DNA of 54,526 nucleotides from the NCBI GenBank assembly GCA_026025795.1, contig JAPEUG010000078.1, positions 1 to 54,526 of the forward strand, given 5' to 3'. The stretch comes from Thelocarpon superellum (taxonomy: Eukaryota). Of the stretch, positions 22,345 to 35,291 are shown one piece after another. Within the stretch, counting starts at the first letter, position 1; each line of letters starts with the position of its first letter. The position numbers and the translations under genes were made by a program. The notes below the pieces were generated by a model. It was not told the DNA's origin and did not search any database. It saw only the letters and a program-made list of their open reading frames with translations.

Positions 22345-24436
22345 ATGGCGCCTCGCTCGGGTGCCCTGGACGGCCCCTCATCCCCTTCGCGGCCCACGCC
22401 GGGGAGTGCCAAAGCCTCGCTCCGCTCCCCGTCGGCCTCGTTTGACGCCGACGACGAGCGTTCCATGTCGGGCCCCGACAGCATGGAACATAGTCTCGTC
22501 CTCCGTCCGTCCGCACCGCGTTATCCGGGTGAGGATGTCCGACCGACGAGCCGGAAAGAGCTTGCGGGCTGGTATAGCTACGGCTGGGCCGCCGAAGTCT
22601 TTGTCGTCTGCGGCATCGGTGAGACCCGGAGCTCCAGGCTCGGCCCGCACGACCCCCACGCTGATGGGTGCGTACCGCAGGCTCCTTCCTCCCCATCACC
22701 TTGGAGCAGCTCGCGCGGGATCGAGGCGTGCTCCTGTCCGACCAGACCACCCCGTGCCATGCCAGCCCAACGCCGGCACCCCCGCCCCTCTCGTCGGCCG
22801 GGCTCCTGGCGCGACTGGCCCCGGCCACCGACCATGAGCCATGCGTCGTCTTCCTCCTTGGCCTCGAGATCAACACCGCCAGCTTCGCCATGTACACCTT
22901 TTCCGTCAGCGTCCTGATTCAGGCGCTCGTCATCATCAGCATGAGCGGTGCGGCCGATCATGGTATGCCCCTGCTCCGAGTCGGGTGACGAGGGGCACCA
23001 CTGACGCGTCACGGCATCTAGGCAAATATCGCAAGTCCTTTCTCATCACCCTGGGGGTGGGGGGCGCCCTGGCCACCATGCTCTTCCTGCCCGTCGGGCC
23101 CGAGGTCTACGTGATTGGGGGGCTGTTGGCCATCGTCGCCAACGTCTGTTGCGGGGCCTCCTTTGTCCTCCTGAATTCCTTCCTGCCCCTCCTCATTCGC
23201 TACCATCCCTCCGTCGCGCTGGCGCCCCCCACTCGGAGCCCGAGCTTGGCCCGGCGCTCGTCCGCGGGGTCCCGAGCCTACCGGGCCTCGGTCGACGGCG
23301 GCTCGGCGGCTGCGGCGGCGGCGCCGCTCGTCGACTCCACCGCCGCACTCCTCCCACCCGCGACGCTCCCTCCTCGCATCTCGCCGGAGCTTCGGCTCTC
23401 GACCACGATCTCCTCGTACGGCATGGGCATCGGCTATATTGCGGCCGTGCTCGTGCAAGCGCTCCTAATCGTCATCGTCGTGCTCACGGGCTCGTCGACC
23501 TTCTCCCTCAAGCTGAGCGTCTTCGTCGTCGGCGCGTGGTGGCTCGTCTTCACTCTCCCCGCCGCCATCTGGCTGCGGCCCCGTCCCGGCCCGCCGCTCG
23601 AGGGCAGCGGCGGGACGCCGGGCAAGGATCGCTCCTGGCTGGGATACACGGCGTTTGCCTGGCACAGCCTGGGCAAGACCATCGTCCGCGCGCGATCGCT
23701 CCTCGACGTCGTTTATTTTCTGCTGGCCTGGTTCCTGCTGTCGGACGGCATCTCGTGCATCTCTGGCACGGCGGTGCTCTTCGCCAAGACGCAGCTCGGG
23801 ATGAAGCCGCCGGAGCTGGCGCTCATCAGCCTGATCGGCACGCTGAGCGGCGTCGTCGGCGCCTTCGCCTGGGCGCCCCTCTCCAGCTGGCTCGACCTGC
23901 GCCCGAGCCAGACCATCATCGTGTGCATCGGTCTCTTCGAGAGCATCCCGCTCTACGGCCTCCTCGGCTACATCCCGGCCATCCAGCGGCTGAAGGTCCT
24001 GGGCCTGCAGCAGCCGTGGGAGATGTATCCGCTGGGCGCCATCTACGGATTTGGCATCGGCGGCATCTCGGCCTATTGTCGCAGCCTCTTTGGCGAGCTT
24101 ATCCCGCCCGGGTCCGAGGCGGCCTTTTACGCGCTGTACGCCATCACCGACAAGGGATCGAGCGTGTTCGGGCCGGCCATCGTGGGCCTCATCACCGACC
24201 TGACGGGGAGCATCCGTCCGGCGTTCATCTTCCTCGCCGTCCTGCTGGCCCTGCCTCTGCCGTTGATGTGGCTCGTCGACGTCGATCGGGGCCGACGCGA
24301 CGGGGCGGACATGGCAAAGGAGCTGGGCGGCATCCACGACGACCTGGTGCCCTCCACCCACTCGGCACGTGGGGAGCGACGCGGGCTGCTGGACGACCAA
24401 GACGGCTTGCTTGAGGCCGGCGACCCAGGGGTTTGA
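22345..24436 (+). CDS. ATG22: Vacuolar amino-acid effluxer Atg22 (MFS)
   Basis: [51 protein letters not shown] and [21 protein letters not shown], with many hydrophobic segments. Introns 22619-22680 and 22963-23021. Confidence 0.93.
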
Positions 24437-25099
24437 GGCTGCGTGACGGGTATGCCCGGTCACACGTTGTGCTGGCGTTGGGATACAAGGAGCGGGAGTA
24501 GAATTGGTGAGGCAAGGTGGGCTCTATTTCCTTGGTCCTCAGCTTGGTGCGTTTGTCGATGATTCTCGATTTTCATCCATCTCGATCCCTGTCGCATACC
24601 CTGATAATCTGTGGAGTCCCCTTGGATTGGACCCATCTCTAGATACGTATATCAGTGGATTGCAGAAGCTTCTTATTCGGAAGTACATGGCTGTTTCGGG
24701 TCCGGATCGTCGAGCACCGTAACTCGATGCGATTTTCCGACGCCGTGCCGGCTCAGGAACCAACGTCGTGTTGGTGGTGGTGGTGGGGGGAGAGCGAAGC
24801 CGCCTGGACGATGCTGCTCCCTCTTCCGCCACACTCAACCACTTACCCGGCGCAGGTCAGCACCGAGTCGACCGAGTCGATGGGTGGCAAAAGTTGCTCA
24901 GTAATCCAGCTGGGCTCGCTGGCAGTGCCGGGCAATTGCGGCGCATTGTCACGGGCAATAATGCCTCCAGCCCAAAGCGAAGCGATGGCGCTAGGACCCC
25001 GAAGCTTGACTCGAACGGGCGACTAGCGCAGGACAGGTCGAGAAGAGGACAGAGTCGGCATTTGGGCGAGAGGCGTCCAGCGTCCAGCGTCCGGCGTGG

Positions 25100-25137
25100 A
25101 CAGCCGACAGCAGACAGCAGACAGCAGACAGCAGACA
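25100..25137. repeat. (ACAGCAG)n heptamer microsatellite upstream of PDI1
   Basis: acagccg followed by acagcag x4. Confidence 0.8.
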
Positions 25138-25298
25138 AACCCGCTCGAGCTCTCCGGTTCATCACCATCGGTTTTTCTTTCCTCCCTGATCTTGACTCGG
25201 ACGGCTCCCCTTCCGAGACCGGCCGCTTGTGTCCCCACTGGACCCTTTGGTGTCCCTTCGCTGTCCCTCGTGCGCACCACCCACGTCTCCCCACGACC

Positions 25299-27208
25299 AT
25301 GGGAAACTTTCGAAACGCCGTCGTTGGCCTGCTGGGCGCCACCGCCCTGGCCAGCGCGTCCGATGTACACGATCTTAAGAAGGATACCTTTGAGCCCTTT
25401 GTAAAGGAGCATGATCTGGTCCTGGCTGAATGTGAGTGATCCGCCCCTCTCACCAAAGAGTGGCCCCTCTGACTGACCTTCGCCGCGCCCCTTAGTTTTC
25501 GCTGTGCGTCTTCCATACCCCCGCCCCGTCGTTGGATGCATCGTACTGACCGCCACCTGAATTGTGTAGCCATGGTGGTATGTGTGATGTGTGATGTGTG
25601 ATGTGCATCCTGTGGGGATCCAAGGTCGTGGCGTGCTAATCCGGCAACAGTGGACATTGCAAAGCACTGGCGCCCGAATATGAAGAAGCCGCGACGAAGT
25701 TGAAGGAGAAGGATATTGCCTTGGTCAAGGTGGACTGCACAGAGGAAGCCGAGCTATGTCAGAGCTATGGCGTCGAGGGCTACCCCACCGTCAAGGTCTT
25801 TCGCGGGCCCGACAACGTGCAGCCCTACAACGGACAGCGCAAGGCGCCCGCGTGAGTGAACTCGTCCGTGCCTCGTTTGGGTCCGTCTGACGGGACATGT
25901 AGCATCATCTCCTACATGACCAAGCAATCGCTCCCGGCCGTGTCGACCATCACCGCCGAGACCATCGAAGAGTTCAAGACGGCGGACAAGGTGGTGTTGG
26001 TGGCCTTCTTCGACGCCAGCGACAAGCACTCCAACGAGAGCTTTGACGCGCTGGCCGAGGGCCTGCGGGACACGTATCTCTTCGGCGCCACCAGCGACCT
26101 GGCCCTCGCCAAGGCCGAGGGGGTGCAGCAGCCGTCGATCGTGCTGTACAAGCAATTCGACGAGGGGAAGAACATCTTCGTGGACAAGTTCGACAAGGCG
26201 GCCATCGAGGCCTTTGCCAAGACGTCCGCCATCCCGCTCGTGGGCGAGGTGGGCCCCGAGACGTACGCCGACTACATGGCCGCCGGCATCCCGCTGGCCT
26301 ACATCTTCGCCGAGACGGCCGAGGAGCGCACGGAGCTGGCCGAGCTGCTCAAGCCCGTGGCCGAGAAGCACCGCGGCAAGATCAGCCTGGCGACGATCGA
26401 CGCCAAGGCCTTTGGCGCGCACGCGGCCAACCTGAACCTGGACACGGAGAAGTTCCCGGCCTTTGCCATCCAGGAGACGGTCAAGAACCAGAAGTTCCCC
26501 TTTGACCAGACCAAGGCCCTGACGCACGACGACGTGGGCAGCTTCGTGCAAGACTTCCTGGACGGCAAGATGGCGCCCAGCATCAAGTCCGAGCCCGTGC
26601 CGGAGACGCAGGATGGGCCGGTGCAAGTCGTCGTGGCGCATAACTACCAGGACATTGTCATGGCCGAGGACACGGATGTGCTGCTCGAGTTTTACGCGCC
26701 CTGGTGTGGTCACTGCAAGGCGTAAGTCTCCTGTTCTCCTCGCCTCTTCCTTCCGACCGCCTTGACACGCTCCAGGCTGGCTCCAAAGTACGAGGAACTC
26801 GCGGCCCTATACACCACCAACCCGGACTACGCCAAGAAGGTGGTCGTGGCCAAGGTAGACGCGACGGCCAACGACGTGCCGGAAGACATCCAGGGCTTCC
26901 CGACCATCAAGCTGTTCCCCGCCGGGGCCAAGACAGCGCCGATCGACTACTCGGGCTCGCGCACGATCGAGGACCTGGCCAACTTCATCAAGGAGAACGG
27001 CAAGTACAAGGTGGATGTCTACCACGCCGCGGACGCCGACACGGACATGCCCGACGCCGAGGCCATGGGCCAGCAGGCGCCGGCAGCCAGCGAGAAGGTC
27101 GCCGACGCCACGGACAAGGTCAAGAGCAAGGTCAGCGAGGCGGCCGAGGCCGTCAAGACCGCCGTCGCGGACTCGGACGACGATGGCTCTGACCACGACG
27201 AGCTGTGA
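25299..27208 (+). CDS. PDI1: Protein disulfide isomerase
   Basis: Signal peptide, two WCGHC sites and C-terminal HDEL. Exons 25299-25431, 25496-25503, 25570-25577, 25651-25851, 25903-26721 and 26776-27208 sum to 1602 nt (533 aa). Confidence 0.96.
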
Positions 27209-27593
27209 GGGATTCCAACTCATCTACAATCCCTCCCTCTGCCCCGTGCTCGAGCCCCATGCGCGAAGATTGCGACCGAAGACACCGGCGATGCGGCGCG
27301 TCACGTATTCGCCGTTGATGGAATCATACGGCGCGGTTTCGAAAGCATGGTTATTTTCCCGTTTGCCCCTCTGTTGTCCGCTTTATCTCTCTTGTCTGTT
27401 TCTGGCCCCGTAATCTTTGTCATCATGTACAATTCGTCTTGACTTAACCACGAGTGTGAGTGCAAGCACGAGTAGAGTACGAGTAGAGTACAGGGATCGG
27501 CATTGACGAGCACGGTGTGACTGCGCGTACTGCAGCCTGCCTTGTAGACAACCTACTCCTAGTCTTGGGCTAAAACTACGAGGTATGCTACAA

Positions 27594-28849
27594 TCAATCA
27601 ACCTCCAGAGCGACCGACGCATCGGCCGCAGCTTTAGGTGGCCCGCTCGTCGTCGTCGTCGTCGTCGTCGTTGGGGGCGGCGGCAACGAAGCAGCCTTGG
27701 CAGCAGACGACGAGACGGGCCGATCCTCAAGCCGGCTCTTCTCCTCCCCCTCGCGGAAATAATCGTCCATGGCGCGGTTGGGGCTGAGGCCCGCCGTGCG
27801 GCTGCGTCGACCGCGTTTCTCGCCCGCAGTGGCACCGGGGGTCGACGGGGGGAGCTTATCGCCGTTTTGGATCCCTCCCGGAAGAGGAAGCGCGGCGTTG
27901 CCGACGAGCTGTGATGCAGGGATGAGAAGATCGGCGGGCGCGGAGGCTGGGATGAAGGTGGAGGCGGCGGCGGTAGCATGGGCGCTCGTGTCGAAGAACG
28001 TCTCGCCGGGCGCAGGCGGAGGCTCTTGCAGCGGCGCCGGCAGGCGGTGCAACGCCCCGTATCCGAGCGTGCAGCCCAGCGCCCCGTCGCCTCCCCAGTG
28101 CCGCGATGGATGGATGGTCAGGAGGCGGGTGAGGTTGTACTCGTGGTTGTAGATGTAGAGATCGAGAGGTCGTGACAGATGCTGTGGTTGGTTAGGGCCG
28201 TGCATTCCGCGACCCAGGGGCTCAAAGGGGAGGGGGGAGGCATACGTCTTCGACCAGCTCGCCCAGTCCGGCTTCACCGCGCACAATGCCCGAGGGCGTG
28301 CCGATGATGTAGTCCCCGTACGGCAGGAGTCCCGCCTGGTCGGCAGGGGAGTTGGGAGCGACTTCGAGGATGTGCCAGACCTCCTCCGTGCTGGACAGCG
28401 GCGTCCATTGCAAACTTAGCCCGAGCGAAGGAGGGTCCTTGGGCACCGCAATCGCCAAGGTCCGCGTCCGTTGTCCCTGCACCAGACCACGTCAGCGGGC
28501 ACCACACCACAAGACGCCCACATGCACGTCGTCGCTGCATACCTTGGCGCTCCAGATGGCGAGGGTCACGCTGCCGCCGGCGCAGTTCCGCACTTCCTGC
28601 GCAAAGAGATGGGGATCCGCGTCCTCCGTTGGGGCCGTCAGCGATGGTCAGACGTACGATGCAGCGAGCTTCGGCACTCACGATGGGCCGCCCGTTAATA
28701 CCAATCACAAAGTCGAACCATGGTTCAAGATTCAAGCTGGCGTCTTTGTTGCGGAGCACCTGGAAGCCAAATATCCCGTAGCCGGAGGCGCCCTGCGAAG
28801 GGGAGTCGGAGTCGAGGCGCGAGATGAAGCGATTCAGGGCGCCGAACAT
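27594..28849 (-). CDS. GRH1: Golgi reassembly stacking protein (GRASP55/65 homolog)
   Basis: MFGALNRFISRLD, GFQVL...LEPWFDFVIGING, WHILEVAPNSPADQAGLLPYGDYIIG, LYIYNHEYN and WGGDGALGCTLGYGALHRLP. About 3 introns. Confidence 0.93.
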
Positions 28850-29233
28850 GGCGAACGGCGATGGGGACGGAGGTGATGGTCAGAGAGCTGCAGGGCATAC
28901 GCGTGGGCGCGGGCGTGGGCGTGGTCGCGGTAGGTGTGATGCCGGTGGTCGCCAGACCTGCCCGTCACATCCTTCTCATGAGTGTGGAGTCTACGTTCCT
29001 GCGTGGAGGACAGTCCATTCAGCGAAAACCGAACCGTAGCTACTGCATCCTTCCCGTAGCTCCCGCCCCGGCCAGTCCCCGTTCCATCTAGCGTGCACCG
29101 CTGCATGGGTAGAGTATGCTCATCGCTCGGCTGGACTGTTGAACGTGGGCCGAGGTCGCGAAGGCAGGTTAAGTTCGCCCGCAGCATTTCTAGGTGGATC
29201 GTTTCCCGCGACGACGGTGCATCGTCACGGGTC

Positions 29234-30194
29234 ATGGTCCGACATGGGCTGAGATCTGCGAGTAGCACGGGGAGGGTCTCATCTACCGACGCAGAGATGC
29301 CCCCGAGCTGTCATCACTATGTCGATGTCGACGAGGTCCCGTGGGACATCCAAAAGTAGGGCCCCCCCAATCATTGCACTCGACCAAAATTGAAGTCGTC
29401 TTTCTAGATATTGGCAGCAGCGGTACGACATCTTCTACCGATACGACGAAGGCGTGTGGATGACGGATGATGCCTGGTACGGCGTGACCCCCGAGCCAGT
29501 AGCTCAGTATGCCCCCGGCCCCCGCACACCGTTACGGTCACTGACGAAGCTCAGGACGATTGCCGAGCATCTGGCCGACGCTGCCGCACCCGAGAAAGAT
29601 GTCTTGATCGACGTCTTTGCCGGCGCTGGTGGCAATGCCATCGCCTTTGCCGCCTCAGGACGGTGGAAGCGTGTCGTAGCGATCGAGAAAGACGCCGACG
29701 CCCTGAGCTGTGCAAGGCACAATGCCTCCGTCTATGGTGTGGAGAGCAAGATCGAGTGGTTCCTGGGTGACTGCTTTGACGTCCTACCCACCATGCCCGA
29801 CGACATCCGGCAGCACTGCGTCATCTTTGCCAGCCCTCCGTGGGGAGGTAAGTGATCTGTCCCGAGGCGCCGTGAACCGACTGACCTGACCCGACACAGG
29901 GCAGAGCTATCGCTCAGCCAGCGTCTTTGATTTGTCCACGATGCAGCCCTACTCGTTGCAGTACCTCTACCAATCTCTGGTGGCCATCTCTCCCGAGCTC
30001 GTCCTCTACCTACCGCGGTCATCCGATCTACGGCAGATTGCCGACTTGGTGCCACCGCACCAACAGGCACAAGCGGTACACTACTGCATCCGCAGCGCCA
30101 GTAAGGTATGCTTTCGACCGGGCGTGACTGTTGTATGGCGACTAAGGCGACGACCCAGGCCTTGTGTGTCTATCTCTTGAGTAACGGCGCCTGA
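29234..30194 (+). CDS. TGS1: Trimethylguanosine synthase (RNA cap hypermethylase)
   Basis: Spliced IQKYWQQRYDIF...DDAWYGVTPEPVA, IDVFAGAGGNAIAFA, IFASPPWGG, YLPRSSDLRQ and ALCVY. Four introns. Start may instead be 29297. Confidence 0.9.
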
Positions 30195-30844
30195 GAATTG
30201 GCACGATGGTACCAGACTCATTGGTCGAGAAGCGGATTGTTCTGTGACGTAATTGAAGAATATGAACGAGATTTGCCATGATCGATCCTGTCTGCCAGCA
30301 GAGATACGTTCTCGAGTCCAAAGGATGACCGATTTTGGTGAAATGCGCAAGTCACTGTTTCAGCCCCCACTTTACCTGTAGATACTCATCCAGTGACGGC
30401 CGCGCCCGACGCGGGTAAACGTTGCGGTTGTGGCGCCTCGCCCTAGCTGGAGCTCGACGCAGCGTAAAAGCAAGTCACGTGCTGCCCTGGTCCGATTTCC
30501 ATCGACTCGAGGTGCGAGCGCAACACCTACGACAGTCCACCGCCCTGCGCTCACTCCTCCTTCTTCTTCTTGTGCCTCACCTCCTCTGACTGTGCAAAAG
30601 TGGAGGCCTTCTTCCCATCCCGACCTCTCTTCACGTGCTCCTCGCTGAGCTCGCCACCAAACCTGCAGCGCAGACGCGTACGAGCTTTACTGAATGTCCG
30701 CGTGAGGAGGCCCCCCCGATAGAAACGGGCCGCGTGCCCGCGCTCCCGATCGGATCGATTGTGCCTGGCCTCTGGCGCGCCTGGTCCAACACTCCACGGT
30801 CCGGTCCGACACAGCCTCTGGCAGCTGTGCTCTCCCCTCGGCCG

Positions 30845-33800
30845 ATGCCTCACTCGATGCCTCTCAACGACAACGACGATCAACTCATCTCAGGCATCCT
30901 CAACGACGACCCGACCTCGAGTGGGAAGCTCGACTTCTTGAATCGGCCCCTGGAGCCGGGCGAAAAGGCGGACGACGCCATCGACTACGAAGACATCGAC
31001 GACGATGATCTGGCGGATGATGACGAGGATCGGCTGACCGGCGCCACCAACGGCGACACCGCGTGGCAAAATGGCGGACAGGGGCGCGCGCTGGGAGAGC
31101 TGGATGAACTCACACAAGAGGGCCTTTCGGGGCAGGAGGACTCCTCGCAGGCGGTGGGAGATGAGCTGGATGACCTGTTTGGGGAAGCGCCCACCTTTGC
31201 GCAGGGCCCGCACGCCACGACCAATGGAGATCCTCCCGCCACGGTGATCCCAACGGACCTCTTGCTCGACGTGGATGATGACGAGCATGTCGTGGACGCA
31301 TCGGCCAGCGGCGCAGTGGTGCAGCATCCATCGAATACCGCCAGCACCGTCGCCGCTGCGGCTGCCTACGAGAATGGAATCTACAGCGCGGAAGAGACGG
31401 CGCGGCTCATGGCCCAGAACTTTGCCATGGTCCCGGCGCCGCCCGAGAACCGCGAAGAGGCCCTGGCGGTCATGTGGCCCAAATTTGACAAAGACCAGAC
31501 GCCGCAGTTCATGAAGTTGCTCCCGCCCAAGAAATCACAGTACGTGGCGAAGGCCCCGTGGAAGCCACCCAAGCCGACCCATCCGAACAAGGTCGGCATC
31601 GACCTTGCCCCCGACCAAGAACGCCTCTTCCGCAACACCACGCTACCACTGGCCAAGAAGCGGGACCCCGATAGCGAGGTGGATGCGCGCGGCCTCGTTC
31701 CCATTCATGAGGACGAGCCGATGAAGGACGCCAGCGAAACGGATGCCGACGGCGATGCCAGTATGGACGAAGCGGAGATGATCGGTGGCGTCACGTGGGA
31801 GGACCTGAAGATGGTGTGCCAGGACTGGGAGACGCCGCTGGCCGAGGAAGCCTCATTGCCCGAGCCGGTTGCGGCGGTCGACGCGTTGTCCCTGGCCAGC
31901 GACGATCTCTTTGGGGAGCAGGACGAGGACTGGGCCCGGGGGCCAGAGGGATCATCGGCCAAGGTACGTGTCGGGCCTGCCTCGTTCCGCGGAACTCATG
32001 CTGACCGCGTCTGATGTTCCCAGCGCCGACGGCTCGACCCGCCCGTCGGCCGTGTATTCGCCACGCCCTCCTACGAGATTCCCTTCATCGACGATCCCGA
32101 GCGATTGACGTCGCGGATTGCGCGGCGGGTGGTGCTGGACTTGAACGACCCGCAGCTGCTCGTTGAGGTGCGCTCGGCCGGCGAGACGGGATTGGGGGCG
32201 CGGCTAGCCAACGGCCAGCGGAAAAGCGATGCGCACGGGAACCTAACCAAGGAGCTGAGCCGACGGTACAACGTGTCCAACGACCAGGCGTACGATCTGC
32301 TCAAAGAAAATCACCAGAGCAAGGTGCGCAGCACGCTGGGCAATCTGGCGGTCGAGCACAGCATGCCGGCCCTCCGTCTCCAATACCCCTACTATAAGGT
32401 TAAGCTGCATACGCGCGAGGCGCGCTCCTTCCATCGTCCGGCGATGAACTTCGTGCCCAACGTGCCCGTGCGGTTCGCCAAGATGCGGCACGTCAAGCGC
32501 AAGAACGTCAAGGGCAAAGAGACGCGCGAGATCTTCGCCGCGACCAAGGACCTCTCGCTGGGCGACAACTCGCACGTGTTGCTGCTGGAGTACTCGGAAG
32601 AGCAGCCGCTCATGATGTCGAACTTTGGCATGGGCAGCCGTCTGATCAACTATTATCGACGCAAGGACATGGAGGATCACGCGCGGCCCAAGCTGGACAT
32701 TGGCGAGACGGCGGTGCTGCTGCCGCAGGACAAGAGCCCCTTCTCCATCTTTGGCAACATCGAGCCGGGCCAGACGCTGCCGGCGCTGTACAACGGCATG
32801 TTCCGGGCGCCGGTGTTCAAGCAGGCGGCCAAAGGGACCGACTTCCTGGTGATCCGCAACACGACCGGGGTGGAGGGGTCGCTATGGTACCTGCGCACCA
32901 TCGAGCACCTCTACGTGGTGGGGCAGGAATTCCCGTCGGTGGACGTGCCGGGTCCGCACTCGCGCAAGGTGACGACGGCGGCGAAGAATCGGCTCAAGAT
33001 GATCTCCTACCGCAAGATGCGGCGCAACCAGCCGAATCGGATCAGCGTGAGCGAGGTGACGGAGCACTTCCCGGACACGACGGACATGCAGAACCGGCAG
33101 AAGATGAAGGAGTTCATGGTCTACTCCAAGGATCACAAGGAGTGGGAGATGCGCCCGGGCGAGACGATCCCCGACGCGGCCAGCATCCGGACGATGGTCA
33201 AGCCCGAGGACGTGTGCCTGCTCGAGGCGTCGCAGGTCGGCCTGCGCCACCTCCAGGACGCCGGCTATGGGCGCGACGACGAGGACAGCGACGACGAGGA
33301 AGGGAAGGAGGGCCAGAGCCTGGAGCAGCAGCTGGCGCCGTGGCACACGACGCGCAACTTCCTGCACGCCACGCAGGGCAAGGCCATGCTCCAGCTGCAC
33401 GGCGAGGGCGATCCGTCGGGGCGGGGCGAGGCGTTTAGCTTCATCCGCACGTCGATGAAGGGCGGCTTCCGCCCCGAGGGCGAGAGCGCCGCCGATAAGA
33501 TGGACGCCAAGAAGAGCAAGGAGATGGGCGGACACAGCTACAACGTGGCGCGCCAGCAGAAGGCCTATCAGGCGGCCATCCGGCGCATCTGGGATGCGCA
33601 GAAGACGAGCCTGTCCTCGACCGTGGACCCGGCGGAGGTCGAGGGCGAGGACGAGATGGCCGAGGCGGCCCCGGATCTCCTCGACGACGGTCGCACGCCC
33701 CGGTCTAGCGTGCCGACGCCCGTGGCCCCCTCGCAGCATGCCGACGACGAGACGGGGAGCCTGTTCAGCAGGTACAGCCTGGACAGCCATCGGGGCCGCA

Positions 33801-34462
33801 TCATGCGCATCGCGCGGAAAGCGAAGAAGGGCGCAAAGGTTGAGGCCCACGACGTCATCTCCGACCCGCGCGTGATCCGGGAGTACCTGAAGCGACGACA
33901 TGCGCTCGAGGCGGAGGCGTTGGCGTACGTACTCCGGGTGGCGATGGATGACATGGACCCCGTGCTGACGTGTGCAGACTGTCGGAGCTCAAGCCGACCG
34001 GCGATCTCGAGTTTGATCGGCGTGCACAGAAACGGTGGGTGGCGCGTGGCGTCCGGCGCGGACGGGACGTGGGGCGGCTGACGCGGCGACAGATTGGAAG
34101 AGGAGCTGGCGCGTCTGGAGCGCAACAAGGACCGGCGGATCGCCCGCGACAAGCAAAAGGGCATCTGGCCCACCGACGAGGCGGCGGCCGGCGAACCCGG
34201 GTCGCCCAACTCGCCTGCGGTGGCGGCCTCCAAGGGTGCGGGAACGGCGCGCCGGTGCGCCAACTGCAAGGAGGTTGGACATATCAAGACGAACAAGAAG
34301 TCTGACCTGCCCTTTTTCCTCTTCCGCTCTCTCCTGCACTCCCGTGCTGACGCGTGCTGCGCCCCTTCCAGATTGTGCCCTTTGCTCAATGGCACCAGAC
34401 GACCCGAAGATGTCGTCGCCGACGCGGGCTTTGGATCCATGGGCACTCCCGCCCCGTTGTGA
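30845..34462 (+). CDS. TAF1: TFIID subunit Taf1
   Basis: EKADDAIDYEDIDDDDL (TAND-like), YNVSNDQAY, LLEYSEEQP, APWHTTRNF, GEGDPSGRGEAFSF and a C-terminal zinc knuckle (RCANCKEVGHIKTNKK-LCP). Introns 31964-32023, 33925-33977, 34035-34092, 34300-34371. Confidence 0.95.
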
Positions 34463-34557
34463 TGAAGTGGGGGGCGAGTGCGACGGTCTGTGCGAGCACG
34501 AGTGCGGGGAGCGAGTCTACGACGCTCGCGACGGATGCATTGGTCCGTGGGGTGTGA

Positions 34558-34622
34558 TGCGTGGTGCTTGGTGCGTGGTGCTTGGTGCTTGGTGCTTGGT
34601 GCTTGGTGCTTGGTGCTTGGTG
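34558..34622. repeat. (TGCTTGG)n heptamer microsatellite in the TAF1 3' region
   Basis: About 9 units of TGC(T/G)TGG read directly. Confidence 0.85.
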
Positions 34623-35291
34623 TTGGACGGCGATCAGTGCTTTTACCAGCGCCGTGTTTCGAGACATGCGGGCATTTCTCCAGCGTTGTTCTACAGGCGT
34701 CCGTCAGCCGAGTGGGACAAGACCGGGTCGCATCATGGTGGGAGGACTAGGGCGGGGACGGATGGGTCGGTGCATCTTGCGGCGCCGGTCATTTTGTGGA
34801 CGAGAACGAATGGTTCTTCTGCCCTTACTCGAAATCAATCCGACAATGTGCAGTATTGGGTGACGTGCGTGAGATTGAGATCTATTTGGATGCGGTGGTG
34901 GGTGATTCGAGGCGTAGACGCTGTAGAAGATGTTCGCCTCGGCGCGCCCCTGGATCCGGGTAGGGAAGCCTGGAGGACTCCCGCCTCCCGAGACGTCGGT
35001 CGAGGTTCATGACGTCGCCCCGAACTCTGGTTCCACTGACGCGTCGCGTAACTTCTTTCCCTCACTCAGCTCGCGTACCGGCGATTGATCGTAGCCGACG
35101 AGCAGCCGTCAACTACCGGACGCCGCGTACGAGTATGATGCTCGTACGCGAAGATCGTCAAGATTCAGGTTGCTCCAGACATCGGTGCAAGCCCCGGTAC
35201 TTCCACCCAGGCCCGTCGGAGCTACATCTTCCCCTCTACCTCTACCTCTACCGTCACCCTGTCGTTCCTCCTCTTTGTTCGCTCCGTCAGC

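Noticed and set aside
25060..25110. Unfolded-protein-response element upstream of PDI1
   Set aside because: The CCAGCGTC repeats only partly resemble the CAGCGTG core and are too degenerate to call.
17653..33901. Long antisense or alternate-frame ORFs over MED14, ATG22, PDI1 and TAF1 (e.g. 17653..18828, 23149..24414, 25754..26713, 32882..33901)
   Set aside because: Expected from high GC and scarce stop codons. The translations are low-complexity and Arg/Pro/Val-rich.
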